Origin: Phoronis australis
Taxonomy: Eukaryota > Animalia > Phoronida
Direction of reading: 5' to 3'
NCBI GenBank assembly: GCA_002633005.1
Contig: NMRA01000069.1
Span: 220,203 to 284,202 of the forward strand
Length of the DNA stretch: 64,000 nt
Position 1 is the first letter of the stretch; every line of letters starts with the position of its first letter. Shown piece after piece: positions 1 to 13,080 of this stretch. The position numbers and the translations under genes are program-made. The notes beneath the pieces were generated by a model that did not search any database, was not told the DNA's origin, and worked only from the letters and a program-made list of their open reading frames with translations.

Positions 1-2925
1 AGATTAGAAAAGCGTAAACAGTGCCATCGACTCGACTTCCTTTACTCGGGGTGTCCCTCGGGCAGTTGTGACCTACTTTCATTTGGCGGGTTTTAGCTGA
101 CGACAGAATAGAAATATCGGTGAATCTTCACTGATTTTGTTCAAAAGATCCTGAATTCTATGGCATCGTACAGATAATTCGACTTTAAGGTACAGTCCCA
201 GCTCTTCATGAACGTAGTGCATCAATGGCTTTGTCATTTGTCAGGTGAAGTTGAACCCCCTGTGGGGTTCTTCGAATTTTCACTGGCTCCGAAATACTTT
301 ACCTCGAACACTTATTTTTTCATCGTCACCGCTACAAATTCCAATATTATGATCGTAAGATTCGCCTAATGTCTTTGTCGAAGCGTTTTTCGGATAGTGC
401 AAAAAATACATCGATTCCAACAGGAACGTCGTTTAACGACAGTGTATTTGTCTCTGACATCTTGTTTGTTTGTTTGTCGGGTGTCACGTGACTTTTCGTA
501 AGGGGGCGGAGCTTACGATACGTCAATTCCCGTGCATGTCTATTTGAGTGCACGGAGAGTACGAGTTGCTAAAACCGACATTTTTCAAATAATATCGCCT
601 TGATCGTCAAATGGTTTCTATTATGCCATTCTCAAACTGTTCATGATCTTCTCATACTCGTTCTCTTTTCTGACATCCACAAGCCCAAATTTGGAGTCCA
701 TATAAAAAAGCGGATGCTATCAGTAAAAATTCGGTAATTTGCAAAATCCTCCATATCCACTCAGGGTCATCATTCATTACCCATAATTCTGTGTTGTTGG
801 ACAACGAGCATGAACTTTAAAACTGCGTGCCGGGCAAAGAAAGCCTGCCAGTAAGACAAAAACTGAAGACCATGTTTCAGCAGCCGGGGATACCCGATGT
901 TGAAGGTTACTGCACTCAAAGATTTTTTGCAAAGATTTAGGAAAAAACACATTCACGTAAGAAAATTGGAATGTTTTTGGAAAAGATCCTGAATAGTTGT
1001 TAAAGCCTTTTGCAATTTGTTTGTGCTTCATTATCGCCGATTCTGTTATACTGAAGCCCAACTTTAGAAGCGGGCTCCGCGTATTTCAGCGCAAAAATAA
1101 TTTCATTGAATCACCGTTATTGCTTAGCTCCTCCCAGCGGCCCCGTTAAAGTTGGAAGCGAAGAAGGACAAAAACTAACATGGCTTATAGGTCATCCAAA
1201 TTGAGTCGTAAACTTGAGGCTGTTATGTACAATGCATGTATTGGTGTCTTAAAGTTTTTAGCAAGCGCTATTTTCGCCGCTTACTCGCCATTTTAAGAAG
1301 TACTTACATTTCACTTCTGATTCGTAATACAGCGCCATGTGAAAATCGAATTCTTTACCCCATCTAGTTCTCTAGGTCGCTACCAGTACGCATGCAATTT
1401 AAACTTTGAACTCGTGTATTCCAGGCGAAGCAAGTGATAAATGCGGAGCCACCGAAGACACATGAAAGAAAAGGCATTTCTCTGCGTAAGTGGTTTCCAC
1501 AACTTTTTGTAGCTGGTTCAGACGAAATGTTCTTATTTTGCTTCAATTTTGGGGCCTCGTAGATGAGGGTAGTGTTGTGTGCAAGTGTCTTGCGTCTGCA
1601 ATAACACGACACTGGAAACGCTTTTTTGAGTTGAGACTGCACGCTCTTTGAATTGGGAGATTGGCAAGTGTTCAACACGTCAAAATCACGCTTGTGAGCT
1701 TCACTCCGGAAACAAAGCTATCATTAAATCTAGTGATTGTCAAGGTGTATCATGTCAGAACGTAAATTATTTATTCAGAAAAATGCAAAATGAAATACAG
1801 ACAAAAAGCATGCCAGGTTATGCATGCCCACGACAATAGTCCCCCTGGTTGCGGACCTGGGATATGCAAGCGCAGTCTCGTCTTCATGACCATAAACGCG
1901 AGATAACAAACAAAAGGCCCTGTCTCACTTTTTCGAATATCAAACTCTTATGAGATTCTTCATAAAAATGTTCCAATACGCAGCCGTACACACAATTCTT
2001 GGAAATTACGAATGTACGTACACTTTCCACATTCGGTCGATTTCCAAATTGATACTGAAGTATCCTCTAGGGTCTCGTCAGACCCAAGCTATAACTTTCC
2101 TCCATCAAGGAAAAAGTCAACATCTGTTCCGTGTGTTGTGTACATTTTAACAACGGAACAAGGGGAGTTGTTCTCTATAGATGGGCAAACGCTCCTTTTC
2201 AATTTCTTTTAAAATAATTGCTATGGTATTAGTATTGGAGGGACCATTTAGTCTTGGAAGCGTTTGTCTCTACATTACCGTACGGTACATGAGAAAAACT
2301 AAATTTGTAATGGATAAATTTAAAGGGAAAGACGTAGGCATAAACAGAAAAATATCACTTGCCAATATATCGATGAAGATTATCACTACAGTAATGCAAT
2401 GTGATACAAAAACTATAACTCTTCCCTGAGATTACTCGAGAAGAGGTTGGTCTATGCCATGCGTACGTTCATGATTTCTCGCCGTTTGCCTCAAGGTCGA
2501 CAGACGACACCAGGTGTAGCATCAGCTGAAAGAGGTCAACAGTAGCCGACCAAACTTGACATGAAAGCATTCAACTGTCAAGAATGTCCAGAAAAGAGAT
2601 GTTTTCCGTGTCGTGTCACGTGCCGGTTTTGTAATTCCTGGTGCCCTTCTTTAACTTCTATGTTGTTTCATAATTTTGTAAAAATCAAACGACGATGCCT
2701 ATTTGGCTACTATAGAGATGCACGAGAAATGTTTTCTGTTTGATAACTGTCATAAAAATCTATATGATATTACGTATTAACTCGTGTCATCATCAATTGG
2801 TCTCAATCAAATAACACATGTACTCAGAACTAAGTATTGTATCGTCACATGTAAACAAACTCTTTTAATGTGCATAAAGTATTAAGATTTTTTGTTTTTA
2901 ATTACACAGATGCCGCATAATTTTG

Positions 2926-2996
2926 TATGGGCGGCGCAGCACTGAAAAAAGTGAGGGGCTATAGCCCTCAGCCCTCCCTGCGGTGTACCGCCCATA
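2926..2996. mobile_element. ~70-bp mini inverted-repeat element; partial second copy follows at ~3009-3045
   Basis: Ends TATGGGCGG...CCGCCCATA are inverted repeats; internal GCAGCACTGAAA..AGTG.GGGGCTATAGCCC recurs at 13944-14145. Confidence 0.55.
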
Positions 2997-3891
2997 CATG
3001 TAGACCACAGGCGGCGTAGCATTGAAAAACTGGGGTGCTATAAGAGGAGGCGCTGGTTTCCAAAACATGATGAATTACCCTGTCTGAATATTTACATGTT
3101 CGAGTAGCAAAAGAGACGGAGTAAAATTTGGTGGTCGCCAGCCCAGACAACTGCATTCTTGAGAAAGTCATCATTGAATTAAAGGTGGCGGTTGTTACCA
3201 TTGAGATAGCGTTGTGTACCTAGCCTTAGTTGAGTCTAGATATACTAAAGATCATTTATTCCAAAATTTTATGCTTTTAACAAAAATTGAACAATATAAT
3301 GGTTCACTTATTCTTCTCACTACTGCATATGTTGTGCCAACACATGCTGCAAATGACGTGGGCATGCCAGGCGTAATTGGGCAGAACCCAACTTACGCCC
3401 ATCGCAATCCTAGCGCAATACGTCGTTATTCGTCGTACCGGGCCTTGTACAAACGCATCTATGTTGCAAATACTGTACTCCAGCTACAGTCCAATGTACG
3501 CGACACATAGCTGGTGCAGGAAACTCCAGCTTGGCACTGCAGTGTGTGAGCTCCTCATCCCCCACAACAAACATGGCGTCCGGTACTGCACTCGACCTAT
3601 GGGAGACCGGTGGACTATAACTTATAACCTACATAATAGCGTGCACAGCGAAGGCAAGTCTAACTCGCCGCACTGCGCATGCGCAAACCGGTGTTCACAA
3701 AACTTGCACAGAACGATTGAGATGCCGGTGCACATTGTGTACGGTTGCGTGAGAAAAAAATATCGATGAGAGATAATAATGCGCGGAAGTGTGACAGCGC
3801 CTGAAGTTCTTGCAGTAGAAACACAATGCCTCTGGTCAAGCAATCGCGCGCAAAAAAAACCTATGCAAACGGATTTCGGCAATCTTTGACG

Positions 3892-4502
3892 TTAACTTGG
3901 TTTTGAAGCATCTGCTGTTTTAAACATTGGTACAACCACTAAAATGATGATAGACGCGAACAATGTTGCCAGAACATAAATATAAAACAGAAGCCTGTCC
4001 ACGACCTCGGCTAAATCGGTCCAATCTGAACGTCTGTTACCCTCAATAAGCCTGTCTTGTCGCGCAATCAGTTCATCCAGTTTATTCAAAACTTTTTCAA
4101 ACTCCATGATGGGAGAGGTCGGCTTCACAATCGATGAATCGTCTATCACGTGATCGTATTCGTCATCTATTTCCACCATGTGGCACTCGGTCTCAAGGTT
4201 ACCGTTACATTTGAGTTTCATTTCGCTGTAGCATGCTTCAATGTGATTTGGGTGTTTGCCGTTTTTATTCCTGTTCAATCGTTTCAGTTTCACGGCGTTG
4301 CTTTGTGTAACGGGTTTCAACTTTTGCATCTTTTTATTCTCCGATATATGGATACAACAGACCTTTGCCGTAGCATGAATGAATTTTTTCAAGCAAGCAG
4401 GCACGGGTCTGTTTGTGTGTGCACGTGCTTGCACGTTCGATACAAATACTGCCAGAATAACGGAAGACGCCGTTAGGGCCATGACGCACGTGATGTAAAC
4501 AC
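3892..4502 (-). CDS. nAChR alpha-type subunit, terminal exon: M3, intracellular loop, M4, stop
   Basis: Acceptor tttctag|GT at 4503/4502 (phase 1, completes Gly of VPLIG); encodes VYITCVMALTASSVILAVFVSNV (M3), then EFEKVLNKLDELI (MA helix) and SDWTDLAEVVDRLLFYIYVLATLFASIIILVVVP (W..LA.VVDRL M4 motif); TAA at 3894-3892. Confidence 0.93.
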
Positions 4503-5219
4503 CTAGAAATAAAAACAGAAATTACGTGATAATCGTTTCATATGATAAAACATGTAGATACGGTTTGCACACCTGTGTTTTAAAAACATAGCACGGTATT
4601 TGTTGTTACAAACCCAATAAGAATTGGGAAAGAACTTTTCGGTTATGATATACTTCGATAAAGAACTGTCTAATATAACAATCATTGACTTTTACTCTCG
4701 ATCATTACTGCGTTTTGAGACTCCCGTGCATTGGGAGTCTAAGAATATAATAATTTCCGAGAGGGTAAGATATAAATCGGTAAATAAAACAACAAGAATG
4801 GATCAACTGAAATTTGAAATTTTCGGATGTAATAACTTCCTTTGTCAACAGAAACAGAAACAGAGGGTAAGCAAATGTTTTAATTGTTTCATAAAAAGTC
4901 AATAGACGTCATCAATAACACTGAGACAAAATTTATAATTCCGTGACTGGTTTCAGAAGTTTCATCCCCCGAAGATATGCCGTTAACTTTCGAAAGCAGT
5001 AAATTAGCTTTACAATTAAGCCTTCCAACACGAGAATAAATGCGTTATCCTTATATACCATGTAGATTTATTAGCAGATAGTATTGCGTTAGTTAGTTAT
5101 TTCTTTGGTTCTTAAAGCGGCATTATGCCCATGCTTTCGGTCAAAAAGAACTATTGATTTAGGCCACTTACCGTGATAAGAGTGACTTTACTTGGTCCTT
5201 TCTCAGTTAAGAAGTGATT

Positions 5220-5608
5220 CCTGGGTACGGAATCTTACCTTTGTACTCGAAACGAACACGAAATTAGTTTTAGCAATTTGTCTGCTTTTTTGTGCGAACC
5301 CAAGATAAGTGGTTATTAAACTGTGCTCGAATACATTATAGTTTACGCATAAGAGTTTCTAGTCCAAGTCTGTACTTGATGACCCTTATCTTCGTGCTAC
5401 AAACCCAAATAAAAGCTCAAAATTTCGCTTTCCAACTCGAACTTTTAGGCTTAATGTTGGGTTTATCAACTGCAAACGAGGAGTAAAAAATATGCACGTA
5501 AGTCATTATGTACTCGAGCATAGACACTTGTCTTGGGTACAAAAGTAGAGTAGAAAGAGTCAAACATAACTTCGAGTTCCATTTCGAGTAAAAAGATTAG
5601 AACCCAGG
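5220..5608. mobile_element. Foldback/MITE-like element with ~120-bp degenerate terminal inverted repeats
   Basis: Left end CCTGGGTACGGAATCTT...ACCCAAGATAAGTG...TGCTCGAATACATTAT matches the reverse complement of the right end (CCTGGGTTCTAATCTT...ACCCAAGACAAGTG...TGCTCGAGTACATAAT). Confidence 0.65.
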
Positions 5609-5660
5609 CCTTGGGATCAGCAAGAGCTAACAGTTCGTTACTTTAGATCATCCTACCGTT

Positions 5661-5783
5661 CAGCAACCCTAGAACTTCGCTAAAAGCAAGATAGGTTTTG
5701 CGAGACTACGTGAGATATTGCCGTTTATTTGAAATGAGAACACGTGATTTTGGCTAGATTTAAGCGAGGTCCTAGCGTTACTG
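5661..5783. mobile_element. ~125-bp MITE; second copy inverted at ~33161-33259
   Basis: Termini CAGCAACCCTAGAACTTCGCT / AGCGAGGTCCTAGCGTTACTG are imperfect inverted repeats; the body matches the reverse complement of 33161-33259 (AAATCTAGCCAAAA.TCACGTGTTCTCATTT...GGCAATATCTCA). Confidence 0.65.
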
Positions 5784-5970
5784 GTTCATAAAATTTCTGG
5801 TCACGGCGTGACCTGAAGTTTCATGTGCTTGGTCTAACGACATAACAAAATGTAGGTTCTGTCGAAACCCTGGCATCTCGTCCAATTTGACAGAGGAACG
5901 AGATTCCATAACGGTCAGTGGTCTAAATGAAATTCCGATGAAAGTCGGTATGTATGGGGAATATTATTAC

Positions 5971-6325
5971 CTATGAGCGGCACGTAGAACGAGGTGGCCG
6001 GCATGTTCTCAGCAATGAGCAACATAAAGACGGAGAAGGAGAGTAAAACTGTCAGTCCCATTGTCACTTTTTCGCCGTTCTCTGGCGTCAGCCAAAACAC
6101 CAACAGCGTCAACGACGACAGCATTACGCATGGTACGATGACGTTGTACGTGTAGTAGAGAGTGCGACGGCGCATGTGGATTGTACACGTCACGTCCGGA
6201 TATGGCTCAGGGCAGCAAGGATACACTTTGACGTTTCGGATACATTTTGCTTCTACTAGTTCCCACTCGCCGTTGGAGACGTAATTGCTCAAGTCGACGC
6301 CTTCCCGACGCCTCAGGACGTCCAC
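5971..6325 (-). CDS. nAChR alpha-type subunit exon: loops F and C (vicinal Cys), M1, M2, M2-M3 linker
   Basis: Acceptor tttcag|GTG at 6326/6325, donor ATAG|GTAATA at 5971/5970; encodes DLSNYVSNGEWEL, YPCCPEPYPD, RRRTLYYTYNVIVPC, GEKVTMGLTVLLSFSVFMLLIAENMPATS, VPLIG. Confidence 0.96.
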
Positions 6326-6911
6326 CTGAAAACAATTTTATAAAACTGCAGTCAGATAGTTGCTCAGGTAATAATACATTTCAGTAGTACTGTTGTCTGG
6401 TAAATAGTGATAAAGCCGGACAGTGTGCATGTCGGAGACGAAAAATGACATTTCAAACTAAGAAAAAAATAGGATTGAAAAAGTTTGATCCGTCACAACA
6501 CCTACCGCGAACTCTATCTCAAACTCTTAATGCTTTAAGTGGCTTTCCGTCACAAAAACAACTTTTGATTAAGACAATATGTCTTTACGAAATTGGCCTC
6601 AAATTGTTTTGAAAAAAATACAGTTTGTTATTGCTTGATGCCAGGCTCTACAAGTTAACTTGTTACTGTTCGCCAGTTTATTCGCCGAGCGTGATTTAAT
6701 AATAAAGAACTGCAAGTTTAATGCAAAGCAACAATCACTTCTCATTTCAGTAAAGGACAAATGCAGACCAATTTAACACTGATCAGTGGTCTAAATCAAA
6801 AGATAGTTTGTTATATATAACATGGGTTCATAGGCGCTTAAACTACATTAAAAAATTCCTCAATATAATTTTTGCAAAGGCTTATACCAAGTCTACTTAG
6901 AATGTGCAAAC

Positions 6912-7092
6912 CTGCGTGCCGTCGTAAGCCCAAGATCCAAGTTTCATTTTACAAATTTGGTCGTCAAATGGAAAGTACGTGATGTCGATTTCACATGAGC
7001 TACGAAAACGCACGATTGGTGGCCAGAATACATTTCCGTCGAACGAGACCATGGCGAGTGCTTGCATGTAACTTCCGGTTATTTCGTCTACG
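6912..7092 (-). CDS. nAChR exon containing the Cys-loop and loop B (not in the ORF track)
   Basis: Acceptor ttttcag|C at 7093/7092, donor CAG|GTTTG at 6912/6911; 181 nt; [60 protein letters not shown]; phases fit both neighbouring exons. Confidence 0.95.
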
Positions 7093-8393
7093 CTGAAAAT
7101 AGCAAGTGGGGATTTTGGATTACAAAGACCAGAGTTTTACGATCGCAAGGGCACAAGAGTGGTGCAACATCGTGCGCCATAACTCAGACACATTTGAAAA
7201 TTCATCAAGTTGGCTGCTCCCGCAAAAGAACGATGCACAACATTAAACAGTTATAGCTAGAAAAACAACAAATATGAAAGACCGAATATACAGCACCATG
7301 GGTCAAAAACTCTTTGGTTTTACTTTGCTTATAACACCGAAAGGCCTCGCGTCGTTTAAATAGCAAAAACAATTTATGTTTTCATTGATATAATCAAATG
7401 AAGTCTAACCCATTGTCACGCATTTTACCTTAGATGTGGGGGTATATTATTTGTTGTTTTGTGTAACCCGTACTACACAGAGACGGAGCGAATTTTTGAC
7501 ATCTGGTAGAGCACAATTTTCGCCATATTTTGCATATCAACTTGCAGCCTTTGGTAGCTGCAATGCTCAACGAAGTATAGAGCGTTTTTCTTTCCACGAG
7601 CTGAATTGATTATCGCCTAGTCTGTTTGTTTCATCTATCGATAATTTCTCATTTTCAGCAGCGACTGAGTCCCGGAAATCCAGGTTAGCTAGGTCATTTC
7701 ATTCATAAAATGTTAAGTGATAAAAGGGATCACACATGTTCAAGCTTTAACTTTAATATATTAACTTGATGTATGCGAAGCTCATTTCAGGCGTTATTCA
7801 CACAAAAAGGCATCTGACTGTGTGTCACGTGTTGGGGCGTGGTTGATGCCAAATCCATACAGCGCCATCTTTTGAATCGATACGTTACTGAAGCCGTCTG
7901 CAAATGTGTACTATAAATAAATGCTTCCGTAATTCTCAAAAAGTTGATCAACATTATTACCATTGCCACATTCATCAGCACCATTACCATCATCAGCTGA
8001 CATTAATAAAGTTAATTCCCTTACACCACCACTTGTATATACGTGTAAATACTTTCGAGTCGAGAAAATAGTAAATAAAACATTGTTTTGAACAATCTTT
8101 CCAAGAATATTCTATAGCGAACGATGCTCTTAGGAAAAGGGGCGACTTTAATCTCAGGGCCATAGATAAGACAGTAACCTCTTTTGCAACATAAAGTGTC
8201 CTTTTTCAGATTTTTACGTTAGATGTACGAAAGTTGAAACTGTTTATGTGAAAAGTGTCGATTTGGTATCTCATCGAGATGGATAAAAAAGAAACGCAGT
8301 TGCCCACACCGTCGAAGTTATGCCTCCTCACAACTAAATGTCAGTGTGCAAATATTCTATCAACTGTATTCATTCATTCAATGTTTCATTATA

Positions 8394-9302
8394 CTGGGTG
8401 TCCCAGAAGTAATGTTGACGGATAAAAAACGGTAACAAGGATTCCTGTGAAATTCGACTAGAAATATATATGTCGAACATTTTGGTAGATTTTGGAAGTT
8501 TTGCACACATCAAAAACCGATTTGTCCACTTTTGCAATCTAACTTGTTACGTCAAAAACGGCTTATTTGGCGACTGTGGAAACCTTAATTCTGAATAAGC
8601 CATGTTAAATGCTCACGTTAGTTTATCATGCCAGCGTGTAACTATATCCTTTACTATACTCGTGGGTTATAAACCATGGATGGCATATCTGCCAAGGTCC
8701 CAAAAATCACTTCCGTGTCAACATGGCTGAAGTGCAGTTCTCATGAGAACAACGATCAATCGTTGTTCATCAATTAAAACACGTCAGTACCTCACCACTT
8801 GTACAAACCACCCTGCATTAAGACTAGCATATCTAAATGTTTAAGCCCAAAGTACAAATATAAACTTATCTAGTGTAACGTTAGGACGAATTCAAACAGA
8901 AATAAATGTCCTTGGTCTAAAAAGAGAATATGTGGAATGAACGCTTTGATTCAAATGCAGTGCCGAGCGACGAAATGCGTTTATGTTGACGGGGATGAAC
9001 ATTTCGATTGAAATTGTATTTAATACGAGTTTGTTTTAACTGTTTCGAAACATTGATTTCCGTCACTGTTTACAAGTTAAGAGATGTTCTTTGCGGGTCA
9101 TCAAGGAAAGAAATGGGAAAAAACTCTTCTGAGAGGCCATAGTCTAAAATTCATCACATTTATATTTTCAAGATATTTTTGGCGAAAAAAAATGACACAA
9201 GAAGACTTCAAATTTTGTTTCCATTCATCTTCGCGGATGTCCAGGGTCCCAATTCCAGTGCGAGCGTAATCAAATCGGTTTCATAATTTGTAGGACACCC
9301 TA
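8394..9302. mobile_element. Non-autonomous Tc1/mariner-like element (degenerate)
   Basis: TA-flanked imperfect TIRs: TA|CTGGGTGTCCCAGAAGTAATG ... CATAATTTGTAGGACACCCTA|TA; no transposase ORF seen. Confidence 0.45.
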
Positions 9303-11642
9303 TAAATTTGCAACGCACTCTATTTGTAAACCAAGTGCATCCAAAAGCACTTGTACCGTCTAGAAATCAAATAAACAGTTGATAATATTTGTTTTTGTGG
9401 AATCCGTACAATAAAACTTTCAACAGATAACGCCTATATTCTTGACTTAGGTGCACGATATCTAACACGTGAAAAGGATCTTCCTTAAAGTGGAACTTGC
9501 AAGCTGATTCCCAATCTCTGTGATTACTTGGTCAAATTAGTTAGAAACACAACATGTGGTGACGATGTGAATATGAAGTGGGTTGAAAATGTTTTAAAAA
9601 CGAGTTTTCTGTCGAAAATCATCAGCTTTAAGTCACCGAACTTTGTCCTGTAAGTATTGAAACTTGGTGTTAGGGAATAACACTGCATGGTCCCGGCTAT
9701 GTAAGCCCCCAAGGTACGTCATTAGTGCAAAGGTCGTTTATTCGCATATTTCTTTTGTTTTCACATTTACAATTTTTCAATGAATGCAAATGCACTTTGT
9801 TTAACGTAGATGGTGTTCAAATCGCATGTTGTTTAGTTCCTGCTATTCATTGGTACAGTTAGGAGCATTCAAATACATCTCTAAAGTGGTTATAAGCCCG
9901 CCTTCTCTCACAAAAACCTTCTTGATTTTGACCGCGTGTGGTTATGAAGTTGGTCAAACATTGTTTCTTAGCCAAAAATAGGTGAGATTTCTGGGTTCTT
10001 ATTGCTTGATACCAGACTGTGCAAGTCGATTTGTCTTTGATAAGTAACAACCAAAACATCACTTCTCATCTTAGTCTAATTCCATAGCTGTATATAACGT
10101 ATGTGGTTTAAATCACTGTGAGTTTATTGCCACTTTAAAGGGCAAATCTTAGACATGATGCGTTTACAGAAATTATATAACCGAGAAAGGAGAGCATACT
10201 GAGTGTTTTCACAACTTGGAGGATTGCATTCATTTGGCAAATGTGTTCTTTCTTCAATTAGCATGATACGTGAATTGAGTTATTATTCAGCGAACTCTGC
10301 CGAGAGTGTGGTTCTAATTAAAAGTGAAAAGACGTTTATCCGATATATCTTTCCGGGGGCAGTAAAACACATGATTCTTTGAAAAGAACCCTTTGAGATC
10401 CTGCTGGGCATAAACTCAGGGAAAATTAATTGGTTACAATATATGCGTTTCCTTAATAAATTAGACATCAATGTTCGTTTTGTGCTTATTGGATTTTTCA
10501 TAGGCAGCATCGTCAGTGACATATTTTTGCTCATGCGCCAGCTTGCGCTCTCTGACATTCAACGTCAATTGGATAGTTGAATTGACTTGTGGCTCACCTG
10601 CCGTTTTCATCCGAAAAGAAACTGATAACACCCAGGGCGTGTGCTCAGAGAGCGCAATATCTTACGCCAAAATAGAGAAATAGGGACGGGAAGAGTGACG
10701 TCACCTAACTGGGGTACATGTAGTCTGGGAGATTCCGCCATCTTGATCCTGGCCACTTCTCTATGTGAAATTACATTAGGTCAAAAGCTGTAACTGGAAA
10801 ATTACCACTTAACTAGGTTTTAGAACACACGTGGTTAATATGATACCCCGTAACACTATAAACATCAATATTACCTGCTGGTTGCCACAGACTGAGACTT
10901 ATACACATGCAGGCCACAAAATCCAGACCCATTCCTCACACAAGAGACGCGGTATGTCACAGGCATCGAGGTAAACTCAGACATACGAAAAGATACATGT
11001 TAGTTTAATTTTGCGCCCTAACCAAGTTACTGGGGTTGCTGGAGTGACCTCCGATGCACATGTCGGGTATCAACACAAAACGTAAAGTAAAATTTCGTTG
11101 CGACAGAGTGTTTCAGCTCACGATCGTTACACGTTGTGTTAGCCAATTTCGGTGAGAGAAATAGACAAGTTTTTAAACACTTTCCCTCAATAACCGGCCC
11201 TTCTCCGCGCTATTCGAAGTATTTTTCTCCAGCTTAAAATCATATAGCTCCGGCTCACTGATTCACAGACACGCTGATCTCACAAAACAGTGTTTACGCA
11301 CCTGAAACACGACTCACTGTCTTCATATGACTAAGAATTACGTCCATGACACAACGATGAGTCCGTAAGCCATGTTCGTAGGTGCCAAAGCTGTGTTTCG
11401 TGAGTCAATGAACTGAGTTTACACGTCCGTTAGCCGTGTTCACGGTTTCCGAGCAATGTTCATGAGTGTGTGATCCGTGTTGTTTGGGCAACCTGACAAC
11501 ATCGTGTTTGCAATCAAGTGACTGCGACCGTCTTCACCATCACCAGAAGTACGCCGAAGTTCGATAAAACGAAGGGCCCCCTGAGATTTTTTCAGACATG
11601 TCAGCTTACCCTGAGGCGCATCTTTTTGCTTCCGTCTCTTAC

Positions 11643-11752
11643 CTGTTATACAGCACTATGTCTGGCTTCCAAATCAGTTTACAAGGTAGACGTAGAGTTT
11701 GAAGTCCGTTGTAATCCGCTGGATCCCAGTTGAGTTTCTCGTCGTGCCATTC
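11643..11752 (-). CDS. nAChR 110-nt exon with loop A (not in the ORF track)
   Basis: Acceptor aatttcag|GAA at 11753/11752, donor AG|GTAAGA at 11643/11642; [37 protein letters not shown] (WxPDIVLYN motif). Confidence 0.94.
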
Positions 11753-12380
11753 CTGAAATTTGTTTTAAATTCACATCCTGAGTACTTCAACAAAAAATGG
11801 CTAGTTTCGATATCATGGACATTGTGCATTACAAGCATCCACGTTCGCACATCATGGAGCATTTCAGTAACAGCGATTTTGTATCAGTAGCGACTCAATG
11901 GCGGCATTCGAAAATACACCTTGAGAGTAAAAAAATTATTTTTGATTTGGTCCTCGGCGTGATGTTTTTTGAAATATTAAATTTCGAGGGTCACTGGCTT
12001 AGTTGTTGAGGTATTACTACGTCAAAGAAAGGCTGAATTTGACCTCAAAATTGCACCAAATTTAAGAATGCGATTATCCCGCGGCGTTTCACTATAGGAC
12101 GATTATGTTATTGTGTTGGGATTGTTTAATTTAGTTGATGTGAATAATTCAAGAAGAAAAAGTTCCTTGTTTACTAAATTCAAATTTGCCGCCTTTTGTC
12201 TTCACTTGCGTTTGCCTTAGTCTCAGGGTTCAGTGTGGCGTCATAGTGGATTTTTTGTCGCGCACTATTGATTAACGCCACAACAAAACGCAAAACCAAT
12301 ATGTTCCATATTAAATAATCAGTTTCAAATAGATGCACAAAACGTTCCGAGAGTGGCGTTGATGAAGTAATATCCCACGA

Positions 12381-12439
12381 GACATTATTCCGCGTATCGA
12401 CGGAGACCGAAAGTCGAGGTCGATACGCAGAATAATGTC
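12381..12439. repeat. Near-perfect 21-bp inverted repeat (hairpin)
   Basis: GACATTATTCCGCGTATCGAC ... GTCGATACGCAGAATAATGTC, one mismatch. Confidence 0.8.
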
Positions 12440-13048
12440 GAGCTTTGTATTTATCAAATACGCATCAAATTCCTAATTTTCTTTCACTTTTTGCCAGATT
12501 TTTCAAATACTCCACTCGAGACTGTTCACGTGGCGGATCACATCATATGTGTATTTGCGCGTTAGGTTGCAAGTTTTTTGTCTAGTAAAAGAAACAGTTT
12601 TAAATGTAACGGTTTATTACTTGAAAACAGATAACCAAGATGAAAGCAACGGTAACTGTGCATTGAACTTGTTAAATGTCCTGAAAATAGTTAAATATTA
12701 ACAATATTTCATATTGTAGTTACCGAGGAATCGGCTCCTGAGTTGTAGACAACATCTTATTTAACAATTGAAAACTGAGACAGACCTGTCATATAATTAA
12801 CAGTCATGTTCCGGATGTTGCGATTGAGACCTGGTTGCGCTTTGAGTGTTACTCACACTGTTGCAGTTCCATTACTTCAAACTATTTTCCGAAAGTTTGA
12901 TGATCGAACCGGCTATCGACGTCGAGTCGACATTGACCTACCTTTTGAACTTTCCATGTGTCAGAGGTCGCTGTTGAAGTGGTGCGGGAGGTGAATGCGG
13001 GAAACTTTATTACATGGCCGTACATGTATTTCCCTCGACTGATTCAAC

Positions 13049-13080
13049 GCGTATGGGATAAAATACGTTATCCCATACGC
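13049..13080. repeat. Perfect 13-bp stem, 6-nt loop hairpin
   Basis: GCGTATGGGATAA-AATACG-TTATCCCATACGC. Confidence 0.8.
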
